Of a DNA stretch of 64,000 nucleotides, positions 19,301 to 28,018 are shown one piece after another. Source of the stretch: Acidimicrobiales bacterium (GTDB lineage: Bacteria; Actinomycetota; Acidimicrobiia; Acidimicrobiales; JBBRAZ01); NCBI GenBank assembly GCA_038206295.1, contig JBBRAZ010000002.1, positions 39,267 through 103,266 on the forward strand, in the 5' to 3' direction. A model generated the notes under the pieces. That model saw nothing but the letters and a program-made list of their open reading frames with translations. It did not search any database and was not told the origin of the DNA. How positions within the stretch are numbered: the stretch's first letter is position 1; every line of letters starts with the position of its first letter. Both the position numbers and the translations under genes were made by a program.

Positions 19301-19962
19301 CAGGTGACCGGCTGCTTCCAGGCGTTGAGGTAGGTGACGTCGCGCACCGATCGGAGTGGCGCGGGGTGGAAGTCGTCGCCGGTGTAGTAGCCGACGGCCA
19401 GCAGGCAGACCTGGGTGACCGTGGAGGGGATGCCGAGGTGCTCGGCGACCTCGGCCTCGTGCTCGAGGTGGAACGTCGTCCACGCCGAGCCGATGCCTCG
19501 GGCGCGCGCCGCGAGCTGGAAGCTCCACACGCCGGGGAGCACCGAGCCGTAGTAGGCGGCGGCCTGGCCCTGCGAGCTCTCCGGTGGCGGACGATCGAGC
19601 CGCATCGCCAGCACGAGGGCGGGGACCTCGGCGAGGTGGTCGACGAGGAAGGCGGCCGAGTCGAGCACGCGGCGGCTCCGCTCGTCGGCGGCGATCTCGG
19701 CGTTGAACCTGAGGTAGGGGCGGCCGACGTCTGCGAAGCGCTCAGCGATGAACGCCTTCGTGTCGGGGTCGTCGATGATCAGCCACCGGTTGCGCTCGAG
19801 GTTGCCGCCCATCGGCGCGTGCCCGGCGAGCTCGATGCAGGCCAGCAGCTCGTCGTGGGGGACGGGTCGCTCGAGGTCGAGGCGCTTGCGCACCTGCTTG
19901 GTGGTGGTGAGCAGCCGATCGACCTCGTCGAGGTCGAAGCCGGTGCGCTCGTTGGTGGCCAT
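19300..19962 (-). CDS. nitroreductase family protein
   Basis: RKRLDLERPVPHDELLACIELAGHAPMGGNLERNRWLII is typical of FMN nitroreductases. The start is taken at MATNE; the ORF opens at 20016. Confidence 0.85.
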   Translation of the reverse strand: MATNERTGFDLDEVDRLLTTTKQVRKRLDLERPVPHDELLACIELAGHAPMGGNLERNRWLIIDDPDTKAFIAERFADVGRPYLRFNAEIAADERSRRVLDSAAFLVDHLAEVPALVLAMRLDRPPPESSQGQAAAYYGSVLPGVWSFQLAARARGIGSAWTTFHLEHEAEVAEHLGIPSTVTQVCLLAVGYYTGDDFHPAPLRSVRDVTYLNAWKQPVT

Positions 19963-20020
19963 CGCGGGCTCCCGTCGTCGTGTCGCTGGGGTGAGTCTGC
20001 CCGCGACCCTGGTCACGGCC

Positions 20021-20839
20021 TCAGTCGATGAGGGTGTTGGCGAAGATCTGCCACGCCAGGAGGCTCTTGGCGACGAGGCTCAGCACGATGTAGGTGCTCT
20101 CGCCGAACGCGTAGTCCGCCCATCGCCCCACCCGGCGGTACTGCAGCCACTGGTTGACGGCGAAGCAGTTGAACAGGACGAAGATCGTCCCGATGATCCC
20201 GTAGACGAAGCTCGGCGGGCCCTGGCCACCCGGCTGGCTCACGTTCACCCACAGGTAGGTGGCGATGGCGAGCCACGGCCCGATGCCCGCGATGCACCCG
20301 AACCAGAACGGCGCCCACCACGTCTTCGTGCGCTCGGGCGGGTTCGCCACCTCCATGATCCAGCCGAAGAGGATCATGGCCACGTTGGCGAACGCGATGG
20401 CGATCAGCGCGGCGAGGTCGGTCACGCCGGTGACCAGCGCGATGAGCACGATCATCAAGGTGGCCGACAGCGAGTACTCGACCCATCGGAACCGGTTGCG
20501 CCCGGCGCGCAGCTCCTCCGCGTAGCGGGGGAAGCCCACCGGCGACGCGATCAGCAGGTGGAAGAGCGCGGAGAGGAAGAGGAAGCCGGCGGTGGCCAGC
20601 CCGATCGGCACCCCGCCGAGGTCGTTGAGGTTGCCGTCGGCCAGCGGGGTGCCGGGCGGGCCGTTGAGCGCCAGGCTCGAGACCGAGAGCTCGAAGTCGT
20701 TCGACAGGGCGACCATGGCCAGCCCCGACACCAGGTGCACCGCGCCGGCGACGCTGTTGCGCATCCGGAGCTTGCGCAGCCGGTCGTCGCTGATGACGTG
20801 CTGGGAGTCGTCGCTCGTGTCGCTGCGCTGGTCGGCCAT
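20021..20839 (-). CDS. heliorhodopsin (retinal-binding 7-TM photoreceptor)
   Basis: Motifs shared with heliorhodopsin 48C12 as I recall it: ALSNDF, LNGPPGT, SALFH, FRWVEYSLSA, ILFGW, FWFGCIAGIGPW, FVYGII. The Schiff-base lysine context is YIVLSLVAKSLLAWQIF. Confidence 0.9.
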   Translation of the reverse strand: MADQRSDTSDDSQHVISDDRLRKLRMRNSVAGAVHLVSGLAMVALSNDFELSVSSLALNGPPGTPLADGNLNDLGGVPIGLATAGFLFLSALFHLLIASPVGFPRYAEELRAGRNRFRWVEYSLSATLMIVLIALVTGVTDLAALIAIAFANVAMILFGWIMEVANPPERTKTWWAPFWFGCIAGIGPWLAIATYLWVNVSQPGGQGPPSFVYGIIGTIFVLFNCFAVNQWLQYRRVGRWADYAFGESTYIVLSLVAKSLLAWQIFANTLID

Positions 20840-21016
20840 CTGGTGGTCCTCGTCGTCGCGGTCGGTCTCTGCGGGAGGCGACGAGGCTCAGTATGCCGGG
20901 GGGACTCGGCTGGTCCTACGGCTGGGTGGCTTGTGTGCGAGAAGGGCCGCTCCCGACACAGTGGTGCGCTCGCCGTTCGAGCGGCGCTGGCTCAGCAGCG
21001 CGTCACGATGGCCGCG

Positions 21017-21373
21017 TCACCCGAAGATCGAGATCGCCGTCATCAAGATGCCGAGCGAGGCGAACGTACCGACGCTGCACCTGTACAGCGCGGTGTTGAT
21101 GTCGGCGCGGACCGTTTCCTCGAACTTGTCGAAGCGGAGATCCACGCGAACCTCGAATGCGCGCAGGTCGGCATCGACGGTGTCGATGCGGTGGCCGAGG
21201 CGCTCCTCGGTGCTGCGCAGGTCGCCGCGGACTTCGGCGATGTCGGCTTTGGTGGCGACGTCGGCCCAGCCGACGGGTGGGAGGTGCTCGGCGAGCGTCA
21301 TCGCCTCATCCTCGCCGATCGCGGCGCGGAGCGCCTCGAGCATCGTGTGGCGGCTCGCTTCGGTGATGGCCAT
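21017..21373 (-). CDS. small tail-anchored coiled-coil membrane protein, paralog A (DUF1640-like)
   Basis: The RBS is AGAAGGA. The segment VATKADIAEVRGDL is present. It has one C-terminal TM helix (GTFASLGILMTAISIFG). Confidence 0.7.
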   Translation of the reverse strand: MAITEASRHTMLEALRAAIGEDEAMTLAEHLPPVGWADVATKADIAEVRGDLRSTEERLGHRIDTVDADLRAFEVRVDLRFDKFEETVRADINTALYRCSVGTFASLGILMTAISIFG

Positions 21374-21473
21374 CGTCGCGGGTCCTTCTGGTTGGACGGT
21401 CGGGAGGGAGGCTCGGGGGAAGGGAGCTCGGCCACGGATGCCTCCAAGGTGTGCTCGCTCGGCGTGGCGACTG

Positions 21474-21542
21474 CCAACCGGCGGTTGTGCTCATCGTAGC
21501 AGGGGGGTGCGACGTTCTCGCCCGACACACGTGAGAAGTGTG
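21474..21542 (-). promoter_or_regulatory. conserved 69-nt upstream element, copy A (putative promoter plus palindromic operator or 5' stem-loop)
   Basis: About 61 of 69 positions are identical to 24660-24728 by hand alignment. In gene orientation it reads CACACTT-N37-TACGAT-N5-CACAACCGCCGGTTGG. Confidence 0.5.
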
Positions 21543-21559
21543 GATCGCTCGGCGCGAGC

Positions 21560-24094
21560 TCAGCCTTCGATGCGCTCGGCGACGAGCTCGATGAGCTGCT
21601 GGAAGGTGGGGCGGTTGGTGGTGCGCATCGTGTCCTTGATGAGCCCGGGCTCGAAGCCCGTCCGCCAGCCCTCGGCCAGCCACGTCTCGGGGTCCTCGCT
21701 GCCGTGCTCCTCGGCCAGGTCCGCGGCCACCGTGTCGATGGCGGCCCACAGGTCCGCCTGGCAGTCCTCGATCACGCCGCCTCCGCAGTACTGGAGGTTG
21801 AACGGCCCGTCGACGTCCTCGCCGAGCAGGGTGCGCAGGTCCTTGTCGAGGATGCTGGCGCCGTTGGAGCCCCGCAGGCCGCGGCGCTCGTAGACGTTGG
21901 GGCTCTGCTCGCCGAAGACGGGCTCGATGGCGGCGAGCACCATCGGCTCCCACAGGGCCTCGACGATGGCGGGCCCGGCGTGGTCGAACGTGCCGTCGTC
22001 GTCCGCGTCCAGGGCGGGGGCGTCGTCGGCCACCCACTCGTCCAGCAGGTCGACGACGGCCTGGGCCTCGGCCGACGGCGCCTCGCCGCCGGCAAGCAGC
22101 TCGCTGACCACGGGCCACACCAGCGAGTTGGGCAGCTCGGTGGCGGAGCGGTTCATGACGCCCACCACCCCGGCGAGATCCGTCTGCTCGGGCCACTGGT
22201 CGAACAGCTCGACGCGGTGCACCGAGCCGAACGACTCGCCGTCGCCGTGCATGAACCCGGGAGCGGACTGGTTGTTCCAGTTGAGCAGCCGGTGGTCGTC
22301 GCCGGCGGTGCCGTGCGGGTGGTCGTCGCGCTCGAGGAAGCCCTGCCACTCGTAGTCGCCGGTGCCGAGCGTCGGCAGGCGGCGATCCAGACCCTCGGGT
22401 CGCACGGGCAGCTGGCCGGAGGAGAAGTAGGCGACGTCGCCGCGCCCCACCCAGCCCCAGTTGAACGTGAACCCGAACCGGTTGGCGGTGTCGTAGAACG
22501 CGTCCGCGGTGGCGGCCTCGCCCTCGGTCATGCGCTTGAGGGCGGCGAGGTTCATGGCGTCGCGCCCGAAGGTGGAGCGCTTGCGGGTGAGCGCTACGGG
22601 CCGGCCGTCGGAGGTGGCGGTGGCGATGACGGGGCCGTGCACCGAGGTGGGGTAGCTGACGGGCTTCCCATCCAGCGTGCCGGCGTCGAAGATCTCGAAC
22701 GGGCGGCACTCGCCCTCGAACTCGTAGTGGTCCGACTCGATCGTGGGCTCGGCGCCGTCGGGCTCGCAGAGGATCTCGGCGTACACGTCGCGCACGTCGT
22801 GGCCGGCGGAGGTGAGGCTCCAGGCGTAGTCCTGGGTGCGCCCGATGAGGATGTACATGGCGAGGCCGGGCACCGCAGCGCCCTGGGCCTCGATGCCGGG
22901 GCCCGACAGGTGGATCTGCTGGACGATCTCCGGGTAGAAGTAGCCGAGCTGCGGGCCGAGCACGCCGAGCGTCGTGCCGTTGACCGATGCTTCCTGGTCG
23001 ACGAGCAGCCAGTTGGAGGCGTGGCGGTCCGGCGGCTGCTGAGCGGCCTCGAAGCGGCCGTCGCCCGCGGCGCCGCCGCCGCCGGCGGTGGCGTCGAACG
23101 AGGTGATGCTGCCGGCGTCGATGGCGACCGATCCGGTGACCTCGCCGCCGGTCAGTGCCGGGTAGTCGAAGGTCTCGGTCAGGGTGGTGGGGGCCTCCGG
23201 GTCGCCGATGAGCATGACGTCCTCCCATGCCTCGCGGCCCGGGCCCTCGCCGAGGCCGCCCTGGAGGGTGGCGAGCAGCTCGGCGTTGTCGGCCTCCGAG
23301 CCGCCGCCGGCGCCGAAGATCGACCCGATGAACGACGTGGCGCCGATGATGTCGTTGACCGTGGCGGGCGCCTTGCCGGGGTCGTTCTCGGCCCAGTAGG
23401 CCGAGGCGCCATCGGCGTAGGCCTGGGCATCGGCGACGATCTCCTCGCCCTCGGGGCCGAGCTCCTCGACGAGCAGGTCGACCTGGTCGGTCAGCAGCTG
23501 CTCGGTGGCCTCGCTCGGGATGAACTGGCGCGCCGAGGTGACGAGGCCGAAGGCGTCGACGCCGGGGATGTCGGCCACCGCGGCGCGCGACGGGCCGCGG
23601 GCGAGGTCGAGCAGCAGGCCGCGGTCGCGCGCGGTCACCCAGCCGGCGCCGAAGGCGAGGTCCTCGCGGGTCTCGCCGGTGATGTGGGCGACGCCGTAGG
23701 AGTCATACAGGATCGTGACGCCGTCGCGGCCGGTGGGCTCCTCGTTGGTGTCGCCGACGGGGGCGAAGTCCTGCGGGAGGAAGTGCTCCTCGATGTCGGC
23801 GTCGGTGACCTCGCCGCGCAGTGGGGTGAGGCCGTCGTAGAGGGGGAGCTGGTCGAGCGAGTGCTCGGTGGTGGGGATGCCGCCGTAGTTGCCGGGCGGG
23901 AGGATGTAGAAGGAGCGGTCGACGGCGTCGGGGCTCTGGCCCGTGCCGGCGGTCGTGGTGGTGGCCTCGTCGGCCGACGGCGTGTCGTCGTCGGAGCACG
24001 CGGCGGCGAGCAGCGCCGCGACGGTGAGCAGGGCCGCAGCCCGGGCTCGCTTGGAGGCCCGAGTCGACGGGCGAGGTTCGAAGCTTCGGCGCAC
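21560..24094 (-). CDS. penicillin acylase (penicillin amidase / Ntn-hydrolase) family protein, secreted lipoprotein
   Basis: 844 aa. Lipobox is LLAAACSDD. The Ntn nucleophile context is HASNWLLV. Confidence 0.85.
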   Translation of the reverse strand: MRRSFEPRPSTRASKRARAAALLTVAALLAAACSDDDTPSADEATTTTAGTGQSPDAVDRSFYILPPGNYGGIPTTEHSLDQLPLYDGLTPLRGEVTDADIEEHFLPQDFAPVGDTNEEPTGRDGVTILYDSYGVAHITGETREDLAFGAGWVTARDRGLLLDLARGPSRAAVADIPGVDAFGLVTSARQFIPSEATEQLLTDQVDLLVEELGPEGEEIVADAQAYADGASAYWAENDPGKAPATVNDIIGATSFIGSIFGAGGGSEADNAELLATLQGGLGEGPGREAWEDVMLIGDPEAPTTLTETFDYPALTGGEVTGSVAIDAGSITSFDATAGGGGAAGDGRFEAAQQPPDRHASNWLLVDQEASVNGTTLGVLGPQLGYFYPEIVQQIHLSGPGIEAQGAAVPGLAMYILIGRTQDYAWSLTSAGHDVRDVYAEILCEPDGAEPTIESDHYEFEGECRPFEIFDAGTLDGKPVSYPTSVHGPVIATATSDGRPVALTRKRSTFGRDAMNLAALKRMTEGEAATADAFYDTANRFGFTFNWGWVGRGDVAYFSSGQLPVRPEGLDRRLPTLGTGDYEWQGFLERDDHPHGTAGDDHRLLNWNNQSAPGFMHGDGESFGSVHRVELFDQWPEQTDLAGVVGVMNRSATELPNSLVWPVVSELLAGGEAPSAEAQAVVDLLDEWVADDAPALDADDDGTFDHAGPAIVEALWEPMVLAAIEPVFGEQSPNVYERRGLRGSNGASILDKDLRTLLGEDVDGPFNLQYCGGGVIEDCQADLWAAIDTVAADLAEEHGSEDPETWLAEGWRTGFEPGLIKDTMRTTNRPTFQQLIELVAERIEG

Positions 24095-24177
24095 AGTTCC
24101 CCCTGCGGTCGGCCTACGCAGCCGAGGCTAACGGGGGGCGGTGCGGGACCGACGACAGGGCCGGCGGGTGGGGCAGC

Positions 24178-24612
24178 TCAGCCGAAGGCGGCAGCGACTG
24201 CCGTGCCGACCGCGACCGCCGTGAGGATCGTTCCGATCGTCTGGATGTGCAGCCGCTTCATCTCGTCTCGCAGCGATCCGTCGAGCGATGCCATCTCCGT
24301 GCGGAGCGAGCCGCTGAGCGTGCCCATCTCCGTGCGGAGCGAGCCCATCTCCTTGCCGAGCGAGCCGCCGAGCGTCGCCATCTCGGTGCGGAGATTGCCG
24401 CCGAGCGTGGCCATCTCGGTGCGCAGCTCGCCGCCGAGCGCGGCAACCTCGACGCGGACCTTGGCGAGCTCCGCCTCGAGATGGTCCTTCGTGACGAGCT
24501 CGTCCCGGTCGTGCGTTGGGAGCTCTGCCATGAGGGCCTCCGACACCTCCTCGCCGAAGACAGGCACGAGGTGCTGATGAACGATGGTGCGGTGCTGCTG
24601 GGACAGGGTCAT
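24178..24612 (-). CDS. small tail-anchored coiled-coil membrane protein, paralog B, with internal 11-aa repeats
   Basis: The start at MTLSQQHRT has the RBS GAAGGAA. The C-terminal TM helix is IGTILTAVAVGTAVAAAFG. Confidence 0.7.
   Translation of the reverse strand: MTLSQQHRTIVHQHLVPVFGEEVSEALMAELPTHDRDELVTKDHLEAELAKVRVEVAALGGELRTEMATLGGNLRTEMATLGGSLGKEMGSLRTEMGTLSGSLRTEMASLDGSLRDEMKRLHIQTIGTILTAVAVGTAVAAAFG
24259..24444. repeat. in-frame tandem repeat inside paralog B (five 33-nt units plus one 21-nt unit)
   Basis: On the + strand each unit starts with CATCTC, at 24259, 24292, 24325, 24346, 24379 and 24412. The repeat encodes LGGxLRTEMAT-type 11-mers. Confidence 0.85.
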
Positions 24613-24659
24613 CGTGATGGTTCCTTCGCCTGAGGTCAAGGGGTCGAGGGGAAGTGACG

Positions 24660-24728
24660 CCAACCGGCGGTTGTGCCCACCGTAGCAGGGGGGTGCGACG
24701 ATTCCGATCGTCACACGTGAGAAGTGTG
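24660..24728 (-). promoter_or_regulatory. conserved 69-nt upstream element, copy B
   Basis: It has the same length and end motifs as copies A and C. It ends 47 nt upstream of the start codon at 24612. Confidence 0.5.
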
Positions 24729-24811
24729 AAGGACCTGGGGGCGATCCACGGCACACCAGTCATGTTGCGAACAGTCGTTCCATATCTGAGCGACGGAGGG
24801 GTCGGCCCCTC

Positions 24812-25345
24812 TCACTCGGCGGTTGGGCCCTGGCGGGCGAGGATCCCCTCGAGGAGGAACGAGACTCGCGCCTCGATCGGCCGGGTTCCGTAGAAGCGCT
24901 CGACGAGGTCGAGTCCCTGGTCGACGTCCTCGATGCCGCAGAGGTCGGCGAGGAGCGCGATGTCGTCCTCGTCGCGAGCGACCCGACTCGCGAGGAGCTT
25001 CGTGGCGAGCATGTACTCCGGCGACGCGGCGGAGACGGTGAGGTTGTCGCCCTCGTAGACGACGCGACGCGGTCCAGGATCGTCTCCAGGGAGGAACCCC
25101 TTCACGCTGTCGTTCAGCCAGTCGTGGTCGAGATCGTCGTGGTGCTCCGCGACACGCTCGGCCGCGTCGCGGATCTCCGACGAAGGTCGCCAGATGCCAT
25201 CCACGTCTCGGGTGGCCGGACGAGCGTCGTAGGCGACTGCCATCGCGGCGCCGCCGACGATGAACAGGTCGCCGCGGACCCCGTGCACGGCCAGCTCGGA
25301 GTCGAGCTCGCCGAAGAGCTCGAGGATGCGCTCCTTGGTCAGCAC
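24812..25345 (-). CDS. nucleotidyltransferase-fold protein (DUF6036-like), putative toxin partner
   Basis: The NTase-type motif is FIVGGAAMAVAYDARPATRDVDGIW. It lies 8 nt downstream of the HTH gene. Confidence 0.6.
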   Translation of the reverse strand: MLTKERILELFGELDSELAVHGVRGDLFIVGGAAMAVAYDARPATRDVDGIWRPSSEIRDAAERVAEHHDDLDHDWLNDSVKGFLPGDDPGPRRVVYEGDNLTVSAASPEYMLATKLLASRVARDEDDIALLADLCGIEDVDQGLDLVERFYGTRPIEARVSFLLEGILARQGPTAE

Positions 25346-25352
25346 GCCGACC

Positions 25353-25937
25353 TCACACGTTCACCAGCGAGGCGCGGTGGATGTACACGCCGTGTCGCTG
25401 GAACGAGACCGGACTCCCTGCGTACTCCGACGCCCGCAGCGACCTCATGGGCGTCACCCACCACGCACGGTCGAGGAATCGATCCGGCTCGTCGACCCAG
25501 GCCGGTGCCGGGAGGCTGACGCGGACGGCGAGCCACTCCGCCAGCGCGGCGAGGAACGCGTCCCAGCGCCGATCGCCGGTGGGCGGCGGTGGGGTGAGGA
25601 GCGGCTCCACCCCCGGGGTTGCCGCACGGAGGAACCGCGAAGCCAGCTCCGCCGAGCGCCGGACGGGGGTTGCGATGTCGTCTGGGTCGGCGTCGACGTC
25701 GGCGCTGATGGCGCGCGCCAGTCCTGCGAGCGTGGACGGGTCGGTCACGCTGCGCACGTCCAGGCGCTCGCCGGTGGCTGCAACCAGGCGCGCCAGCATC
25801 GCGACGGTGGGCTCGAGGCGTCCCCGCTCGATCCGATGCACCGTGCTGGGCGAGACCTGCGCAGCGTGCGCCAGCTCCCTGATGGACAGGTGAGCGCTGG
25901 CTCGAGCCTCGATGAGGACCGCCGATGCAGTGGACAT
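25353..25937 (-). CDS. XRE-family helix-turn-helix protein, putative antitoxin/regulator
   Basis: The HTH is SIRELAHAAQVSPSTVHRIERGRLEPTVAMLARL. Only the last 194 codons of the 25353..26786 ORF look genuine. Confidence 0.7.
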   Translation of the reverse strand: MSTASAVLIEARASAHLSIRELAHAAQVSPSTVHRIERGRLEPTVAMLARLVAATGERLDVRSVTDPSTLAGLARAISADVDADPDDIATPVRRSAELASRFLRAATPGVEPLLTPPPPTGDRRWDAFLAALAEWLAVRVSLPAPAWVDEPDRFLDRAWWVTPMRSLRASEYAGSPVSFQRHGVYIHRASLVNV

Positions 25938-25986
25938 GCTGTAAGCGTATACGCCTACAGCATCGGAGGAAACCCTCATCTGTGGG

Positions 25987-27027
25987 TCAGCAGCCGATGC
26001 CGTTGGCTGCTTGTGCTTGGCGGACGCGCAGGTCGGCGATCTGGGTCTGCAGCGAGGTGATGGCCTGCACGAGCGACAGGCGGCGGGCCCGCTCGCCGCG
26101 CAGGAGGTCCTCGGCCGTGGCCCGCACGCCGGCGTTGGCGGGAGTGGCCGGCATGGCTGCGAGCTGGGCTTCGAGCAAGCGGATCTGCCCCTCGACGGCG
26201 CGCACCTGCGCCTCGAGCGAGGCGCGCTGGCCCTGGAGCGCTGCGATGGCGGCGTCGTAGGCCTGGGTGGTGGCGTCGCACGGCGAGGTGATGCCCGCGG
26301 GACGCGAGCCGGCGACCGTGAGCAGCTGCGCGGGTGGGCGTGCGCCCGGCCGTGGTGGGGTGGATGCCGTCGGGGCCGGGCGTGAGGCGAGGCGTACAAC
26401 GCCGCGGACCGTGTGGCCGCGCACGATGATGCCGCCGACGACTGCGTCGCCCCCGGCGGCGAGCGGCTCGTCGATGCGCACCAGCGCGTCGGTGGGGCCG
26501 GCGGCGCGCAGCTGGTGCTCGCCGTCGGCGATGTCGGTGCCGGTGATCGTGACGTCGATCGGCGCCACCCTGCCGTTGCGAGCGGCGGTGGGCTCGATGG
26601 GCGGCCCTGTGAGGCGCGCGGCGCCCTCCGCGCTGCGCAGGTCGAGCGAGCCGTCGTCGCCGGCGGTGCCGGTGAGCCAGATGCCGCGCTGGCCGTCGCA
26701 GAGGTAGGCGACGGCCCCGCCGTCTCGGATGCCGAGCGCCACGAAGGGTTCGCCCGGCGCGTCGACGGCGTCGATGAAGCGTGCATCGAAGACGTCGATG
26801 TCGTGGGCGCCGGCGAGCGCGTCGAGTAGCTCGTCGTGCTGCGGACTGACGGACGTGGCGGGCGCGGTGTCGGTGGGCGCCGGGGAGTGCTCGGTGGTGG
26901 GCGCGGCGGGGGAGGTCGTCGAGGTGCTGGGCACAGCGTCGGGGTCGTCGTCGGCGGCGCACGAGGCGGCGATCGCCGCGGCGAGGAGCGCGCAGACGGC
27001 GCCCTTCACGCACCGACCTCGTCGCAT
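25987..27027 (-). CDS. lipoprotein of unknown function with C-terminal coiled coil
   Basis: Lipobox is AAIAASCAAD. The C-terminal heptad-like region is ALQGQRASLEAQVRAVEGQIRLLEAQL. Confidence 0.6.
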   Translation of the reverse strand: MRRGRCVKGAVCALLAAAIAASCAADDDPDAVPSTSTTSPAAPTTEHSPAPTDTAPATSVSPQHDELLDALAGAHDIDVFDARFIDAVDAPGEPFVALGIRDGGAVAYLCDGQRGIWLTGTAGDDGSLDLRSAEGAARLTGPPIEPTAARNGRVAPIDVTITGTDIADGEHQLRAAGPTDALVRIDEPLAAGGDAVVGGIIVRGHTVRGVVRLASRPAPTASTPPRPGARPPAQLLTVAGSRPAGITSPCDATTQAYDAAIAALQGQRASLEAQVRAVEGQIRLLEAQLAAMPATPANAGVRATAEDLLRGERARRLSLVQAITSLQTQIADLRVRQAQAANGIGC

Positions 27028-27069
27028 GGCGGGAACCCTACGTCCGCCGTTGAGGGGCCGGCTGGCTCG

Positions 27070-27321
27070 CTACTTGGTGATGAACCCGACGAGGGCCATG
27101 CCGCCGATGATCGACCACACCACCGCGTACAAGGTGCGGATGTTGATGTCGTACATCGCACTCGTGAGCTTGGCGATCTCTGTGTTCACGAACCCGCTGG
27201 TCGCGGGCTTGTCGTGGTCCGTTAGGGGGAGCTCCTTCATGAGGGCCTCCGTCTCGGCGTCCCCGAGGATCGGCGCCAACTTCCGGTAGATGGTCGTGCG
27301 GTGCTGCGGGGAGAGGGCCAT
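27070..27321 (-). CDS. small tail-anchored membrane protein, paralog C
   Basis: The start at MALSPQHRT has the RBS GAAGGAG. The N-terminus resembles paralog B (M.LS.QHRT...EALM.ELP). It has a C-terminal TM helix. Confidence 0.65.
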   Translation of the reverse strand: MALSPQHRTTIYRKLAPILGDAETEALMKELPLTDHDKPATSGFVNTEIAKLTSAMYDINIRTLYAVVWSIIGGMALVGFITK

Positions 27322-27368
27322 CGCGAATGCTCCTTCACGTGATGTCGAGGCGCCGGCAGGTGGTTGCG

Positions 27369-27437
27369 CCAACCAATGGTTGTGGATACCGTAGCGCCCC
27401 GACGCGGCGGATCAGACGCTTACAATCAATAAGTGTG
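27369..27437 (-). promoter_or_regulatory. conserved 69-nt upstream element, copy C (divergent interior, conserved ends)
   Basis: It has the same 69-nt length. CCAACCAATGGTTGTG...ACCGTAGC...AAGTGTG is conserved. It lies 47 nt from the start codon at 27321, in a divergent intergenic region. Confidence 0.45.
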
Positions 27438-27547
27438 GAGATGGATCGATGGTCGAGGTGCAGCCTCTCGCGGCGCACGGGAGGTGCAAGTTCCGGGGTT
27501 GCGATTCTTTCGAATTGAGATACCCTTCGCTCGAGGAGGTTGTCACC

Positions 27548-28012
27548 ATGGCGACGTCGGCAGATGAGCGGACGATCCTGCCCCCCACTGAGTCGCTCCA
27601 GGAGCTCCAGGCATTGCTCGCACGGCAGGACGCCGCGCCGACGACCACGCTCTCAGGACCGAACGGCGAGCACCTCGTGCTGCCCCCTGAGGTGTTCGAG
27701 GTGCTCCGAGGCATCGTGGAGGCCATGGCCAGCGGCCAGGCGGTCACCATCGCGCCGGTGCACCAGCGGCTGACGACCCAGGAGGCGGCGGATCTGCTCG
27801 GCATCAGCCGCCCGACGCTGGTCAAGCTCCTCGAGGCCGGCGAGATCCCATTCGAGCAGCCAGGGCGCCACCGACGGGTTCGCCTCGCCGACGTGCTCGC
27901 CTACCGAGACCGCGCATCGGAGATGCGGCGAGAGGCGCTCGACCGGATGGTGGCGATCGCTGACGAGGCAGATATGTACGAGCGCACCGCTGCGCCACGA
28001 CGCACGCGCTGA
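27548..28012 (+). CDS. excisionase-family HTH DNA-binding protein, putative antitoxin
   Basis: The RBS is GAGGAGG. The HTH is LTTQEAADLLGISRPTLVKLLEAGEIPF. Confidence 0.75.
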   Translation: MATSADERTILPPTESLQELQALLARQDAAPTTTLSGPNGEHLVLPPEVFEVLRGIVEAMASGQAVTIAPVHQRLTTQEAADLLGISRPTLVKLLEAGEIPFEQPGRHRRVRLADVLAYRDRASEMRREALDRMVAIADEADMYERTAAPRRTR

Positions 28013-28018
28013 CCATCG

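Noticed and set aside
20950-20985. A short GC hairpin (CGCTCG-CCGTT-CGAGCG) downstream of small-protein gene A, considered as a terminator.
   Set aside because: The stem is only 6 bp and has no U-tract. This cannot be distinguished from chance in a 72% GC sequence.
25938-26786. The upstream part of the 477-aa ORF 25353..26786.
   Set aside because: It is Pro/Arg/Ser-rich low-complexity sequence that overlaps, in another frame, the better-supported lipoprotein gene 25987..27027. The HTH protein starts at 25937.
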